A stretch of 37,680 nucleotides of DNA from Octopus sinensis. Its lineage: Eukaryota. The notes under the pieces were generated by a model. It was not told where the DNA came from, did not search any database, and was given only the letters and a program-made list of their open reading frames with translations. Shown here in pieces: positions 9,807-21,515 of this stretch; position 1 is the first letter of the stretch, and every line of letters begins with the position of its first letter. The DNA is taken from contig NW_021835875.1 in the NCBI RefSeq assembly GCF_006345805.1, positions 1 through 37,680 on the forward strand, written 5' to 3'. The translations under genes and the position numbers were made by a program.

Positions 9807-11004
9807 TCCTGAATGGGACCTGATGCGAGTTACCTCGCTTGTCTATAGCTTCTAGGTGTTTTAACTACAGGTGAATTGATGAGGACACATCGCGCAACCT
9901 ACCCGCGAACTAGCAAAACATGCCTTGTGTATGTGTGTTCGATATTGATTATATCCCTGGAGTTGCTTCTAATTCATATTTGAATATATAAGTAAACGAA
10001 ATTTAAGTTATATATATTTATTTTTTTTTTAAGTATGTTGATACATACATTCTGCATTCTAGGTGGAACTCGTCAGCTAGTTTATCAAAAAAAAAAAAAA
10101 AAAGGGGGCGGCAATTTCTGACTTCAATCCTCTTTTGCCTTATAGCAATCTTTACTCATGACAAAGGCTTGAAGGTTAAAACACGAGAAAAATTCCGGAG
10201 CTAAGATCTCTATGTCAGCCAAAGATTTGTTTCCAATATTCTGGTAATTTTCGCGACTATACGAGTGTAAAACTTCCAAAGGAAGAATCCTTACTCTTCC
10301 CTTGGACAACATCAGTAGCGTTGAGATAAGAGACCTGTTGCCTGGGCAACTGTTTGTGCTTCAAAGTAATACACTCCAAACTCGCCCTACTTCAAATGAT
10401 ACGCCAGCATCAGTTTACACTTTACGTTAAGTTGCAATTCTATGGGGGAATTTCTTTTTAGTCTTTTCCGTGTTTATGAAGAGTTAGTCATAATGAATCT
10501 TTTCGATCTGCTTATACTAGGTTATCATAAATATATGGTATTCTATAAATAGATAAATAAATATTACGTTTAAGTGTTTGTTTTGCAAGATTCCTAATGT
10601 GAAATCGTGTGTTGAAACAGATGTTATATTTAGGGTCGGTCATTTTTTGTTGTCAAATAGCACTATATTTTCGTTCATCACTTCAGCTTTATCATTGCTC
10701 TTATTCTAAGTCCTTCGTCTGAAATCTTTAGACACACTTCCTCAGACCTCTTCAGCGACTCGCCTTCCACCGTGTTTCTTCTTTTTCTGTTTAAATAATA
10801 TGATAATAAGATAGAAATTAGGGTGCTGAATTATAAAAGAAATTGCGGTATTCAGTTACATTAATTAATGTTTCTTACCTTCCGAGGGAACTTTGCCAAT
10901 CAAAGAAGTAACAGTTATGTACTGTTGGTCCATCAAATTGATTAAATTTGTTTGAATCTTTGTGCCAATATAAGAAAATGCTATCATTAATTACGGCAAC
11001 CATG

Positions 11005-11285
11005 AAGTAGTGAGTTCGATTCCTGGACCGGACTGTATGTTGTGTTCTTGAGCAAGACACTTTATTTCGCGTTGCTCCAGTCCACTCAGTTGTAGAAATG
11101 AGTTGTGATGTCACTGGTGCCAAGCTGTATCGTCCTTTGCCTTTCCCTTGGTGGTGTGGATAGGGGAGGTTAGTATGTATGTGTGACTGCTGGTCTTCCA
11201 TAAACAACCTTGCTCGGACTTGTGCCTCGAAGGAGAACTTTCTAGGTTCAATCCCATGGTCATTCATGACCGAAGGGGGTTCATC
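11005..11285 (+). mobile_element. SINE family D, 5'-truncated
   Basis: GAGTTCGATTCC B box, TTGTGTTCTTGAGCAAGACACTTT motif, tail GTCATTCATGACCGAAGGGGG. A family B tail follows at about 11293-11420. Confidence 0.75.
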
Positions 11286-11415
11286 CATCAACTTAGCGGC
11301 GAGTGGAATAAGTATCAAGCTTAAAAACAAAAATAAGTACTGGAGTCCATTCGTTCGACTAAAGATTCCTCAAGGCGGTTCCCCAGCATGGTCGCAGTCT
11401 ATTGACTGAAACAAG

Positions 11416-11461
<46 letters not shown>

Positions 11462-11737
11462 TAAACATAATATTACATATATGCATACATACATACATAT
11501 ATGTTCATACCAACAAATATATGTATATATATATCATGCATATATGGGTACAGGACATAAAAAAAAAAACGTTGAACACAATGAGAAACGAAAACATAAA
11601 CAAAAACATAGAAAACGAAATTTTTCGAACAACGAAAAAAACCCCATAGAAACGAGACATGCAACATAAAGAATATTCCCCTTCATCAGTTTCACCTACT
11701 CTGCGTTTCGAAGGTTATATATATATATATATATATG

Positions 11738-11969
11738 TATACCGGAGTAAACACATAAATGTGAAACAAGGTGGAAAAAAGAGTACTCAAATACCAGTGG
11801 TAGAGTAATATGCTTTATTTAAAGCAGCAGAAAATTCAACAAAATCTGTTACTCTGAGTTTCTCGTTGCCGTTCATCAGACAGTTTTTGCTAGAAAAAAC
11901 TGTCTGATGAACGGCAACGAGAAACTCAGAGTAACAGATTTTGTTGAATTTTCTGCTGCTTTAATAAAG
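11738..11969. mobile_element. Fold-back Penelope-LTR-like fragment with hammerheads on both strands
   Basis: Arms 11813-11888 and 11895-11969 are essentially perfect reverse complements. The minus-strand copy continues through AAATAAAG..TTACTCT..GTATTTGAGTAC to 11738. (TA)n on both sides. Confidence 0.8.
11900..11937 (+). ncRNA. Type I hammerhead ribozyme (mirror copy on minus strand at 11845-11882)
   Basis: CTGT CTGATGA A-CG-GCAA-CG-A GAAA CTC-A-GAG TA ACAG: stem I CTGT/ACAG, GNRA-capped stem II with an A-A mismatch at its base, near-palindromic ACTCAGAGT, GTA triplet 11931-11933. Confidence 0.7.
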
Positions 11970-11979
11970 TATATATATA

Positions 11980-12040
<61 letters not shown>

Positions 12041-12666
12041 GGTTTATTCCTTCCATAAAACTTGGCCGGGTGTTCAGCTCTCATTTTCACAGGATCTTCA
12101 TTGGAGAAACAAGAGTTGAAAATCTAGCTAAGTTGGTAAGGAAACAAATAGAACATATCTACTTTGCAAGAAACACTGAGGGGATTATTGCAGTTACCTG
12201 ATCTGAAACTGTCCCCTCTCTCTAATCCCCTATTTAATGTATGTAAGAAGCATGGTTGCTAAATGCAGAGCAACGTTGAAAACAAATCCCAACTGATTTG
12301 AGTTGTGCTACGCTGAGGATCCCGTGAGGATGGCCTGTTGGGCTGAAGTCTTGGATAAAGAAGGCAATCCTTCAGTCTGCTAAACATTTGTGCGTGAACA
12401 GAAACTGGCATAGTTTTGTCATGTTTATAGACAACTGTTTGACAGTCTCAACCAAAACCGTCATGCTTAGTAATTCCCTGGATGAGGGTTGACAGTCGGT
12501 TGATAGCACGAAACACAGGATAAGTAATCAACCTACACACGTGCTGTTGAGAACTTCTCCGAGCCAATCAGTAAGGATATTTTTTCAGGAAAACCATCAG
12601 GTGTTTTTGGACAAGAAGATGGTGCAAAGAAAAATACAAAAATAAACAATTCATACAATTTATACA

Positions 12667-12853
12667 CGAGTGGCTGTGTGGTAAGTAGCTTGCTTACCAA
12701 CCACATGGGATCCAGGTTCAGTCCCACTGTGTGGCACCTTAGGTAAGGTTTTTCTACTATAGTTTCGAGTCGACCAAGGCCTTGAGAGTGGATTTGGTAG
12801 ACGGAAACTGAAAGAATTCCATCGTACATATATATATGTATAATGTATGTATG

Positions 12854-12930
<77 letters not shown>

Positions 12931-13069
12931 ATATATATTCATGCATGCATGTATGTATGTATGTATGTATGTATGTATGTATGTATGTATGTATGTATGT
13001 ATGTATGCATGCATGTATGCATGTATGCATGTGCATGTATGTATGTATGTTGTATGTATGTATGTAATG

Positions 13070-13100
<31 letters not shown>

Positions 13101-13350
13101 GTATGTATAATATAGGTATATGTGTGTGTGTGTGTGTGGGTCTGCCTTTGTCACCTATCACGCCTTGACAACCGATGTTGATGTGTTTACGTCCCTGTAA
13201 CTTAGCGGTTCGGCAAAAGAGACCAATAGAATAAGTGCTAGGCTTAAAAGTAAGTTCTGGGGTCGAATTGTTTGACAAAACTCTTTCAAAGCGGTACTCC
13301 AGCACGGTCGTAGTCAAATGACTGAAACAAGTAAAAGAATAAAAGAATAA
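12667..13350 (+). mobile_element. SINE family B with expanded internal (TA)n/(TATG)n
   Basis: Head GAGTGGCTGTGTGGTAAG at 12668, TGACAACCGATG..CTTAGCGGTTCGGCAAAAGAGACC, tail TGACTGAAACAAGTAAAAGAA. Confidence 0.88.
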
Positions 13351-13874
13351 ATGAATGAACGAATAGTTATAAGATCAATTATTAGGGTGAAACAAATCAA
13401 ATATGAAGTAACCAACATTCTTTTATTCTTTCACGTCTTTACTACTTTCAGTTAATGAACTGCCACCATGCTGAGTTGCTGTTCTTGAGAATTTTAGTCG
13501 ATTATATAAATTTCACTAGTTATTTCAGACTGGGATTTATTTTATCGATTTCTGCTTATCAAATAGTAAAAAAAAAAATTTTTTTTTTAATTTAAAAAAA
13601 ACGAAGAAAGAAATGGTACTTTCTCGCAAAGAGACACAGCTTATGTACTGTTTATCTTGGCAAACAGAAAACCATGTGGTAAGAAGCTTGCTTTTCAACC
13701 ATGTGGCCTTGGGTATAGACCAAATGCGTGTGGCTTAAGCAAATGCCCTCCACTATAACAAAGCCTTCTGAGTGGATTTAAAGGACATACTGTGAAAGAA
13801 GCTATGCGTATATACTAGCGGATGTTAACATAAAGATGAAGATCAGTGAAAAAGAGAATACCTACGCTGAACTA

Positions 13875-14160
13875 TTAGTTAGTTAGTTAGTTAATTTGGC
13901 TCAAAAGCAAATAGCAAGGCCATGTAGGGGGACATGGAGTTAAGTACAGGGTGGTGTTCATGTAAAGAGTTCAGGCCACTTGAGGTCCAGGGAGGCTTTG
14001 AACAAAGCGGTCGTCGGCATCTTCACCATCTCGTCTGGCAGCTTGTTCCACGGATCCGCAACCCGGACGGAGAAAGCTCCTCTCCTTCGATTGAGATGAA
14101 ATCGTCGCAGGTAGAGCTTTTCGGAATGACCCCGCAGCCGACAGGAATCTATACCTGTAA
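13875..14160 (-). mobile_element. 3' end of a CR1-type LINE (ORF2 C-terminus, 3'UTR, (CTAA)n tail)
   Basis: RLRGHSEKLYLRRFHLNRRRGAFSVRVADPWNKLPDEMV..FKASLD matches the CR1/L2 C-terminal motif RGH..KL...R...F..RV...WN.LP..V; tandem TTAG tail at 13875-13892. Confidence 0.85.
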
Positions 14161-14272
14161 TTATTGGGGCCATGAGATATGTAAGACACTGCCTAAATAT
14201 TAATCTTGATATATTAGGTTTCTCAAAACCAGAAAGAAGAAAGCTTTGTATGTATGTATGCATGTATGCATG

Positions 14273-14306
<34 letters not shown>

Positions 14307-14588
14307 TGTATGTATGTATGTATGTATGTATGTATGTATGTATGTATGTATGTTTGTATGTATGTATGTATGTATGTATGTATAAGTGCGTATGTATGTA
14401 TTCCTTGTATATATATATATATTGTATATATGTAAGCACATCAACACCGGTTGTCAAGCGGTGGTGGAGACAAACACAGACACAAATACACGAACGCGTG
14501 CGCGCACGCACGCACACAGACACACACACACACACACACTCGCACATGCACACGCGTGCGCGAACACACACACACACACACATACATA

Positions 14589-15946
14589 CAATGCGTTTCA
14601 AATTATTAACGACGGATCACGTTTTAAAATTTTATTTAAAAACTACATGCTGGAATTCAATAAAATTTCCACAGATTGATGGCAACAATTATACACGTTT
14701 GGTGTGTAAAAAAACGGAGCTTTTGCACAAGTGTAAACAAACTGCGGCCGTTTGTTTGCATGATTTTCACGATCTTTCAGTGTTCCAAATTATCAACGAG
14801 TGGTCTAATAATCGTGTAATTATGGGTCGTAAAAGTCTGACTTAACTGCTTCAGAGAAATCTGTTATTACTACTGAACTTGCAAAAAGTAAATCAACATT
14901 AGAAATATCTAAAATTATTGTAAGTTACCACCAAACTGAGAAAAAAATTGTTACAGCTCTTATGAAGATATGTAAGAGAACCTACAAAGAGCCAGTCGAG
15001 GGCTGTTTCTTAATGTTCTCTATCACGAATTAAGCGTGAAGCTCTAAAGAAGCCAAGTCTTAGAAAATGGAGAATTTTTCAAGCGTATTGGCGAAACAAA
15101 ATACAAATAACAGCGGTGCATCAGCATGGCCGCAGCTCTGAGCTGAAATTAGAAAAAAAAATACAAAATCGTCTGAAATGGGTAGAAGATAACATGAGGG
15201 TCGACTTTTCGAAAGTTTTGGTTATTGACGAAATTCGTGCTAACCTTGATTGACTTGATGGTTGGTGCAAGGCATGGGTTGTAAATGGACAAGATCTTCA
15301 TCAATGCTTGAGATGCCAGCATGATTTGGGCAGGTTATTATTGGATGTATTATGACTGGTTCTTGGAAAGTGCCTGGCGGTGTTAAAATGATCGCGGATG
15401 CTTACATAGCCTTTCTGAGGGAGACCTTTGGGCCTTGGTTAAAAAAGCAAAGGATCACCTTCAAGACAACCATAATATTCATGTAGGATAATGCGCCTTC
15501 GCACTCAGGGAAGAAAACTACAGAGTATCTGCAACAATTAAGCTTCTGTGGACCTCGGAAGATGAATTGACTTACCTGCTCTCCCGACTTAAACCCAATA
15601 GAAAACTTGCTGAGTATTCTAAAACAACGAGTTTACGAGAACGGACACCGATTTATGAGGCAAAGATGAACAATAGTGGATGTATCTAGAGGTATAAAAT
15701 CACAGGAAATCCAGAAATTAGCATGTTCCATAGACCAGCGCTTTTCCCCACTTATTTCAAACAAACGCTCATATAACCCTTACTAACCAGCTCACCTATC
15801 ATTTTTGATCGCTGCATATTTGCTTATTTCTATTTCCTCCATGTTTATGACTGAATGTATTCATTTCAGTATGTACAAACAATTAGACTGGTATTTACCT
15901 GTTTACATGAGTTTTAATTACACCTCGCTAATAACTTGAAACAGTG
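14589..15946 (+). mobile_element. Decayed Tc1/mariner transposon with DD37E spacing (TRT-like)
   Basis: ATG 14822 then MGRK/SDLTASEKSVITTELAKSKSTLEISK (helix-turn-helix); FSKVLVIDE (D 15227); MIWAG; IFM*DNAPSH (D 15487); CSPDLNPIEN (E 15601), giving 37 residues between D and E. Imperfect TIRs 14589-14614 and 15923-15946; TA before the left TIR. Stops, frameshifts and a SINE tail at ~15090-15165. Confidence 0.9.
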
Positions 15947-16128
15947 AAAGCTTACGTAAATTTAGTAAATGGCTGTAGTTTCTGCATTGTTTTACAGACC
16001 ATCACATTTTTTACACACTAAACACATATAACAGTTGCCATCATTCTGTCAAAATTTTGTTGAATTCCGACGAGTAGTTTTTAAATTAAATAAAAGATGC
16101 TACGTCCTTAAGAATTTGAAACGCAGTT

Positions 16129-16185
<57 letters not shown>

Positions 16186-16381
16186 TGCTTCCTTTCAAGG
16201 AATCTAATGCTCTTAGCTTAGTTTTTCCTTGGGGCTGGCCAGATTGGAACAATCTCAAGTATAATCAGCCGAAATTGCGAGGATAATCTGGTGCTTGTCT
16301 GAGGAAAGAAAACTTCGAATGGCCCGTCCTTGTTGTCTCTGTATCGTCTATCTGGAGGTTTTGTGTTCTTGCCCCATTTTG

Positions 16382-16423
<42 letters not shown>

Positions 16424-16425
<2 letters not shown>

Positions 16426-16575
16426 GACGGGCTTCTTTCAGTTTTCGCCAACCAAATCCACTTACATTATTCGGTCCGAGGCTATAATAGAAGACACTTA
16501 CCTGCCCAAGGTGCCACGCAGTGGAACTGAACCTGGAATCATGTGGGTAAGAAGGAAACTTCTTATTACCACGAG
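16424..16575 (-). mobile_element. SINE family B 5' half
   Basis: GACGGGCTTCTTTCAG..AAATCCAC..GCCCAAGGTGCCACGCAGTGG(A)ACTGAACC. Confidence 0.85.
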
Positions 16576-17216
16576 TCTTTTCTATACATCAGATTTATGT
16601 TGGTCATTCAAAGGAGAAGCAGTAGAAGGAAAATGTTCAAGGTACCTCGCTCTAGTATCGAACCTGGAATCACGTAATTTTGAAACAAAATTCTTTAACA
16701 ATACAACTCTTGTTTATTTTTTTCACCATTAGACCGATTTGTTACCAAATCAACTGTTAAGAAGGAAACAATAGTTATTCAGAAAACGGCAAATATGTTG
16801 AATTAACTGTTATAAAAACAAACTATAGCTGACTAAAGTTTTCTTTTGTGACTGCGAATTCATAGAACCGTAAAATTGTTTGTCAAAAATATTCTTGTTT
16901 CTCCAAGACAAAAGTCAAAGATTCATCCTTGCAAAACTATAGTAATTGTATTTATTGTTCTTTGTTTTGTTTTTTCTTTTGTGGAAAAAACGAATTCACC
17001 TTATTGTATTGTCGTTTCTGTTATTCACTCTCTTTCATTGCAGAAATATAATAAACCATTTTCGTGAAATTCTTTGTCACTTTTATATATCGTTCGTTTT
17101 CCTCACTCTTTGCATATTATTGTTCTGCTTTTCATAGTTTTGGCAATTTCCGAGGAGACTTTTTTCTCTATCACTTTCACAATCATTATACATTACTATA
17201 GTAGTATTTTGTTAGT

Positions 17217-17516
17217 GTGGAGGCGCAATGGCCTAGTGGTTAGGGCAGCGGACTCGCGGTCGTAGGATCGCGGTTTCGATTCCCAGACCGGGCGTTGTGA
17301 GTGCTTATTGAGCGAAAACACCTAAAAGCTCCACGAGGCTCCGGCAGGGGGTGGTGGTGATCCCTGCTGTACTCTTTCACCACTCTTTCTCCCACTCTTT
17401 CTTCTGTTGGCCTGTTCGCTCAGCCAGAGTGGTGGCGTCATTCGAAGGCTAAAACAATGCGAACGCATTGTGACCAGCGATGTGTAACTACATCTGGTCG
17501 GTCACGTGATCACGTG
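17217..17516 (+). mobile_element. Full-length SINE family C, short-tail variant, with TSD
   Basis: tRNA-Arg-like head with A box TGGCCTAGTGG and B box GGTTTCGATTCC; 11-bp TSD ATTTTGTTAGT at 17206-17216 and 17517-17527. Confidence 0.92.
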
Positions 17517-17544
17517 ATTTTGTTAGTAGAAGTAGTTACAACAA

Positions 17545-18415
17545 TAATGGTTTCAAATTTTGCCACAAGGGCAGCAAATTTTGGGGGGAAGAGATGAGTC
17601 AACTGGTACTTATTTTATCGACCTCGAAAGAATGAAAAGCAGAGTTAACCTCGGCGGAATTTGAACTCAGAACGTAGCGACGGGCGAAATATCGCTAAAT
17701 ATTTCGTCCAGCGTGCTGACGATACTACCAGCAAGCCGTCTTAATGATGATGATAATAATAATAATTTTTTCTACTCTAGGACAATGCCCGAAAATTTGG
17801 GGGAGGGGGCCAGTCGATTAGATCGATGCAGTACGCAACTGGTACTTAACTTGTCGACCCCCAACCACTGAAAGATCAAAGGCAAAGGATGTAAAGATGA
17901 AAGGCAAAATCGACCTCGGCAGAATTTAAATTCAGAACGTAAAGACAGACGAAATACCACTAAATATTTCGCCCGACGTGCTAAAGTTCCTTATTTCTTT
18001 ACTGCATACAAGGAGCTACACACACAGGGAACAAACAAGTACAGACAAATAGATTTAATCGATTATATCCATCCCAGTGCATAACTGGTACTTATTTAAT
18101 CGACCCCCTAAAGGATGAAAGGCAAAGTCGACCTCGGCGGAAATTTGAACTCAGACGTATGGACGGGCGAAATACCTATTTCTTTACTACCCATAAGGGG
18201 CTAAACACAGAGGGGACAAACAAGGACAGACAAACGGATTAAGTCGATTACATCGATCCCAGTGTGTAACTGGTACTTATTTAATCGACCCCGAAAGGAT
18301 GAAAGGCAAAGTCGACCTCGGCGGAATTTGAACTCAGAACGTAACGGCAGTCGAAATACCGCTAAGTATTTCGTCCAGCGTGCTGACGATACTACCAGCA
18401 AGCCGCCTTCTTTAT
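17545..18415 (-). mobile_element. Stack of four SINE family A copies in the same orientation
   Basis: Four occurrences of ACCTCGGC(G/A)GAA(A)TTT(G/A)AA(C/T)TCAGA at about 17650, 17915, 18133 and 18316, with differing tails. Confidence 0.88.
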
Positions 18416-18484
18416 TGGCCACAAGGGCCGAACACAAAAACAATTAGGGACAATACAAAACAAGGGACAAGTGTGTGTGTGTGT

Positions 18485-20285
18485 GTGGGGGGGGTTATAA
18501 CAGAAATCGTGTAAATAATAAAAAACAAAAAAAACAGTTAAAAATCTTACGACAAAATTCACCAGTAGGCGGGGAGTTCCACCCAGGGCAAACCAGGGAA
18601 CTCCATACATCTTGGTGACCCCGACTGCCAAGGACACGCCAGGTAGGTACCCATCTTCTACTCGACTGCTGCGGCTTACAGACGAATATTCAGAGTCAAC
18701 CCATTCACATGAGCCATTTTCGCAACATTTCCCTGGCTTTCAACAAAACTAAAGGGTGGGGTGGGGCAGTACTTCCCTCTCTACCCTCACTTTCTTTTTC
18801 AAGTGGAACTAGAAAAAGTCGATGAGATGTCGGTCTTCAGTCCTTTCAGCCTCGCCCACCACACCACCTCTTTCGCCATAGCCATCAGGCAGAGGAAAAC
18901 TGCCTTTCCCTCCCGAGCAAAAGAAGGCGGCAGGGCGCTCTTCACAATGAACTCGGTTGATAATCGGATCTATCCTACATGTGACAACAGCTATTCGACA
19001 AAGCTCCACAGGTCAGTAATGCACGGACACTGGACGAGTGCATGCAAGACGGTTTCATCGCTAAAGGCGGCGAGCTGGCAGAAACGTTAGCACGCCGGGC
19101 GAAATGCTTAGCGGTATTTCGTCTGCCGTTACGTTCTGAGTTCAAATTCCGCCGAGGTCGACTTTGCCTTTCATCCTTTCGGGGTCGATTAAATAAGTAC
19201 CAGTTACGCACTGGGGTCGATGTAATCGACTTAATCCGTTTGTCTGTCCTTGTTTGTCCTCTCTGTGTTTAGCCCCTTGTGGGTAGTAACGAAATAGGTT
19301 TCATCGCTCTGCGCATATGTTCGACAGGCCCGTCTGACAACACTTCTGTGCCTGTAGAGAACTTCGCGGTAGCACTGCTAGGTCAGGAATTACTGGAAGT
19401 TATCCATAGGCCCTGTTCCGAAAGTCCTCCAGAAAAGACCACTTAATTGATCCCTCCCGACGCTTAGAATTTCCCCAAGGACGTTGTTGCTCTTTCCTTT
19501 CACTAATCTCCTATAAAACTCCATAGTGGAACTTCCACCGACCGCGTTACCCGACTGGCAGAAAGTTGTGAGTACAAAATTCTAGGTGCCAAGCACCCTG
19601 TTTTGGTCTACACTTGACCCAGGACTGTAGTTCTATCAATGAGACGGGCTGCGGAAATTCCCATTTGACGAAATGCGGCCACACCTACTCACCGTTAAGG
19701 AAACGTTAGAGAGTCGCAGTCTCAGCGCATGGTTGCGCATCATTAGCCGCGGCACACCCAGTTCTCCACTCAGTGGCTATTGATTGCAAATGGACCGTTT
19801 ACGAGCGGAATACGTCCCTTCCATAGAAAGTGGAAGAGCAAGTGCTCCAACTTTAGCAGGCACGAAGTGGGGCAAGCGACGACGGTCAGGCGGTAGTAGA
19901 TGACGGAAGTGCTATACGTATTCGCCATCTCCACCCGACCCTTCAGGTACAGCTTCCTCTCTGCCCATTTCTGGGTTAGATTGGCTACCTTGCTCGTCCC
20001 CCCTCCCTTAGTTCTTGTCCAACTGAAGGTGTAAACCAAACCAGACCCCGAACAATTTAACGGGTCCATCCGTTCAGCACACTACGACGCTGTCTGTTGG
20101 CATGGACCTACCTCTCCAGATGCCGAAATGCAGACACACCGACTTCTCCTGGTTGATCTTTGTTCCTGTCACCGCTTCGTAATCTCTAAGAGCAGAGCAG
20201 ACCAGATCACCTCGATTTCCGAGGTATTCGACACTATTACGGTGACACCGTCCGTGTAGGCCGACACGAAACTACCGCATCATTG
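18485..20285 (-). mobile_element. 5'-truncated Tx1/L1-type LINE (RT C-terminal part, zinc finger, 3'UTR)
   Basis: VSAYTDGVTVIVSN..DYEAVTGTKINQEKS; KWAERKLYLKGRVEMAN..YYRLTVVACP..LFHFLWKG; CRTYAQSDETVLHALVQC after removing the inserted SINE; ends VAKMAHVNGLTLNIRL*. Confidence 0.88.
19063..19296 (+). mobile_element. Full-length SINE family A inserted in the LINE, with TSD
   Basis: 12-bp TSD GGTTTCATCGCT at 19051-19062 and 19297-19308. Confidence 0.95.
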
Positions 20286-20767
20286 ATCACTCGGATGTAA
20301 CTGACTATACCCCTTCCCCCAAATTTCAGGCCTTGTGTCTACAGTAGAAGAGATTATTATTATTATTATCATTATTATTATTTCAGCGTCTGGTGATCAT
20401 ATCAAGGTACCGTGAATGGGCTGTTATTCAGACTCAGCTCAGAGTATCAGTGAGTAAGCGTTCCATCCGTGTCTAGTCAGTATATATTTTTAGACACAGT
20501 ACTTCTAAACCCACATTACTCAATGTTTCGTTTCGATTGTCTGACCGTATGGAGATGGCTTGAGGAATATTAGCTGCCATTTCTAGCTCATTTCTTGTAA
20601 GTATAGAGAAGAGAAAAGGGAGAAAGTTCACAGAAGTTTCGGGTGAGTGTGGTAAGACGTTTACTTTCCAGCCTCATGGTTCCATGTTCAGCGCCATTGC
20701 GTGACACCTCGCGTGACACCTCGCGTGACACCTGTCTTCGTCTTTTGTTTATTTTCGTAAACTTTCC

Positions 20768-20807
<40 letters not shown>

Positions 20808-21064
20808 ACACAGAATAAGAGAAGGAATACGGATGTATTACAATGAAGTGGTAGAAAAGGGGTGAGGCAACGGTGAAAGGAGAGAAAGAGAGAGAGAGGG
20901 AAGAGAGGAAGAGAGAAGTGGAGTGCGAGAGAAAGAGGAGGGGAGATGTCTCGATGATGAAAAAGACGGTGGGGTCGAGGGAGAGAACCTGTGGGTAGGA
21001 GGATAATGAATAATAGATATTGCGAAGGAAATGTGGATGAGATCAGCGGGGACAACAAATTTGG

Positions 21065-21219
21065 GCATAATAATAATGATGAAGATGATGATAATAATAA
21101 TAATAATAATAATAATAATATTAATAATAATAAAAATAATATAATAATAATAAAAATAAAATAATAATAATAATAATAATATAATAATAATAATAATAAT
21201 AATAAAAATAATAATAATA

Positions 21220-21251
<32 letters not shown>

Positions 21252-21324
21252 TAATAATAATGATGAAGATAATAATAATAATGATAATAATATAATAATA
21301 GTAATAATAATAATAATGATAATA

Positions 21325-21366
<42 letters not shown>

Positions 21367-21406
21367 TAATAATAATAATGATTATAATAATAATATAATA
21401 ATAGTA

Positions 21407-21438
<32 letters not shown>

Positions 21439-21467
21439 TAATAATGATAGTAATAATAATAATAATA

Positions 21468-21515
<48 letters not shown>
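21065..21515. repeat. (AAT)n then (GAT)n microsatellite
   Basis: Direct reading; source of ORFs 20588-21577 and 20838-21593. Confidence 0.95.

Noticed and set aside
10146-10440. Good plus-strand acceptor at 10145 and a fibronectin-III-like phrase (SSVEIRDLLPGQLF)
   Set aside because: The 98-nt segment up to the next donor has stops in all three frames, and the FN3 similarity is only a few residues with no matching splice sites.
11676-11714. Permuted hammerhead-like motif on the minus strand (CTTC GAAA CGCAGAG TA GGTGAAA CTGATGA AGGGG)
   Set aside because: Both core boxes are present, but the 7 nt between the cleavage site and CUGAUGA cannot form stem I. Possibly a rearranged relative of the 11900 family; not called a ribozyme.
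16300-16335. CTGAGGA AAG-AAAA-CTT CGAAT
   Set aside because: The second box is GAAT rather than GAAA, and there is no stem III or stem I.
17217-17295. tRNA-Arg-like sequence (also 8200-8277)
   Set aside because: Has A and B boxes but poor acceptor and anticodon stems, continues into a SINE body and is bounded by a TSD, so it is a SINE head and not a tRNA gene.
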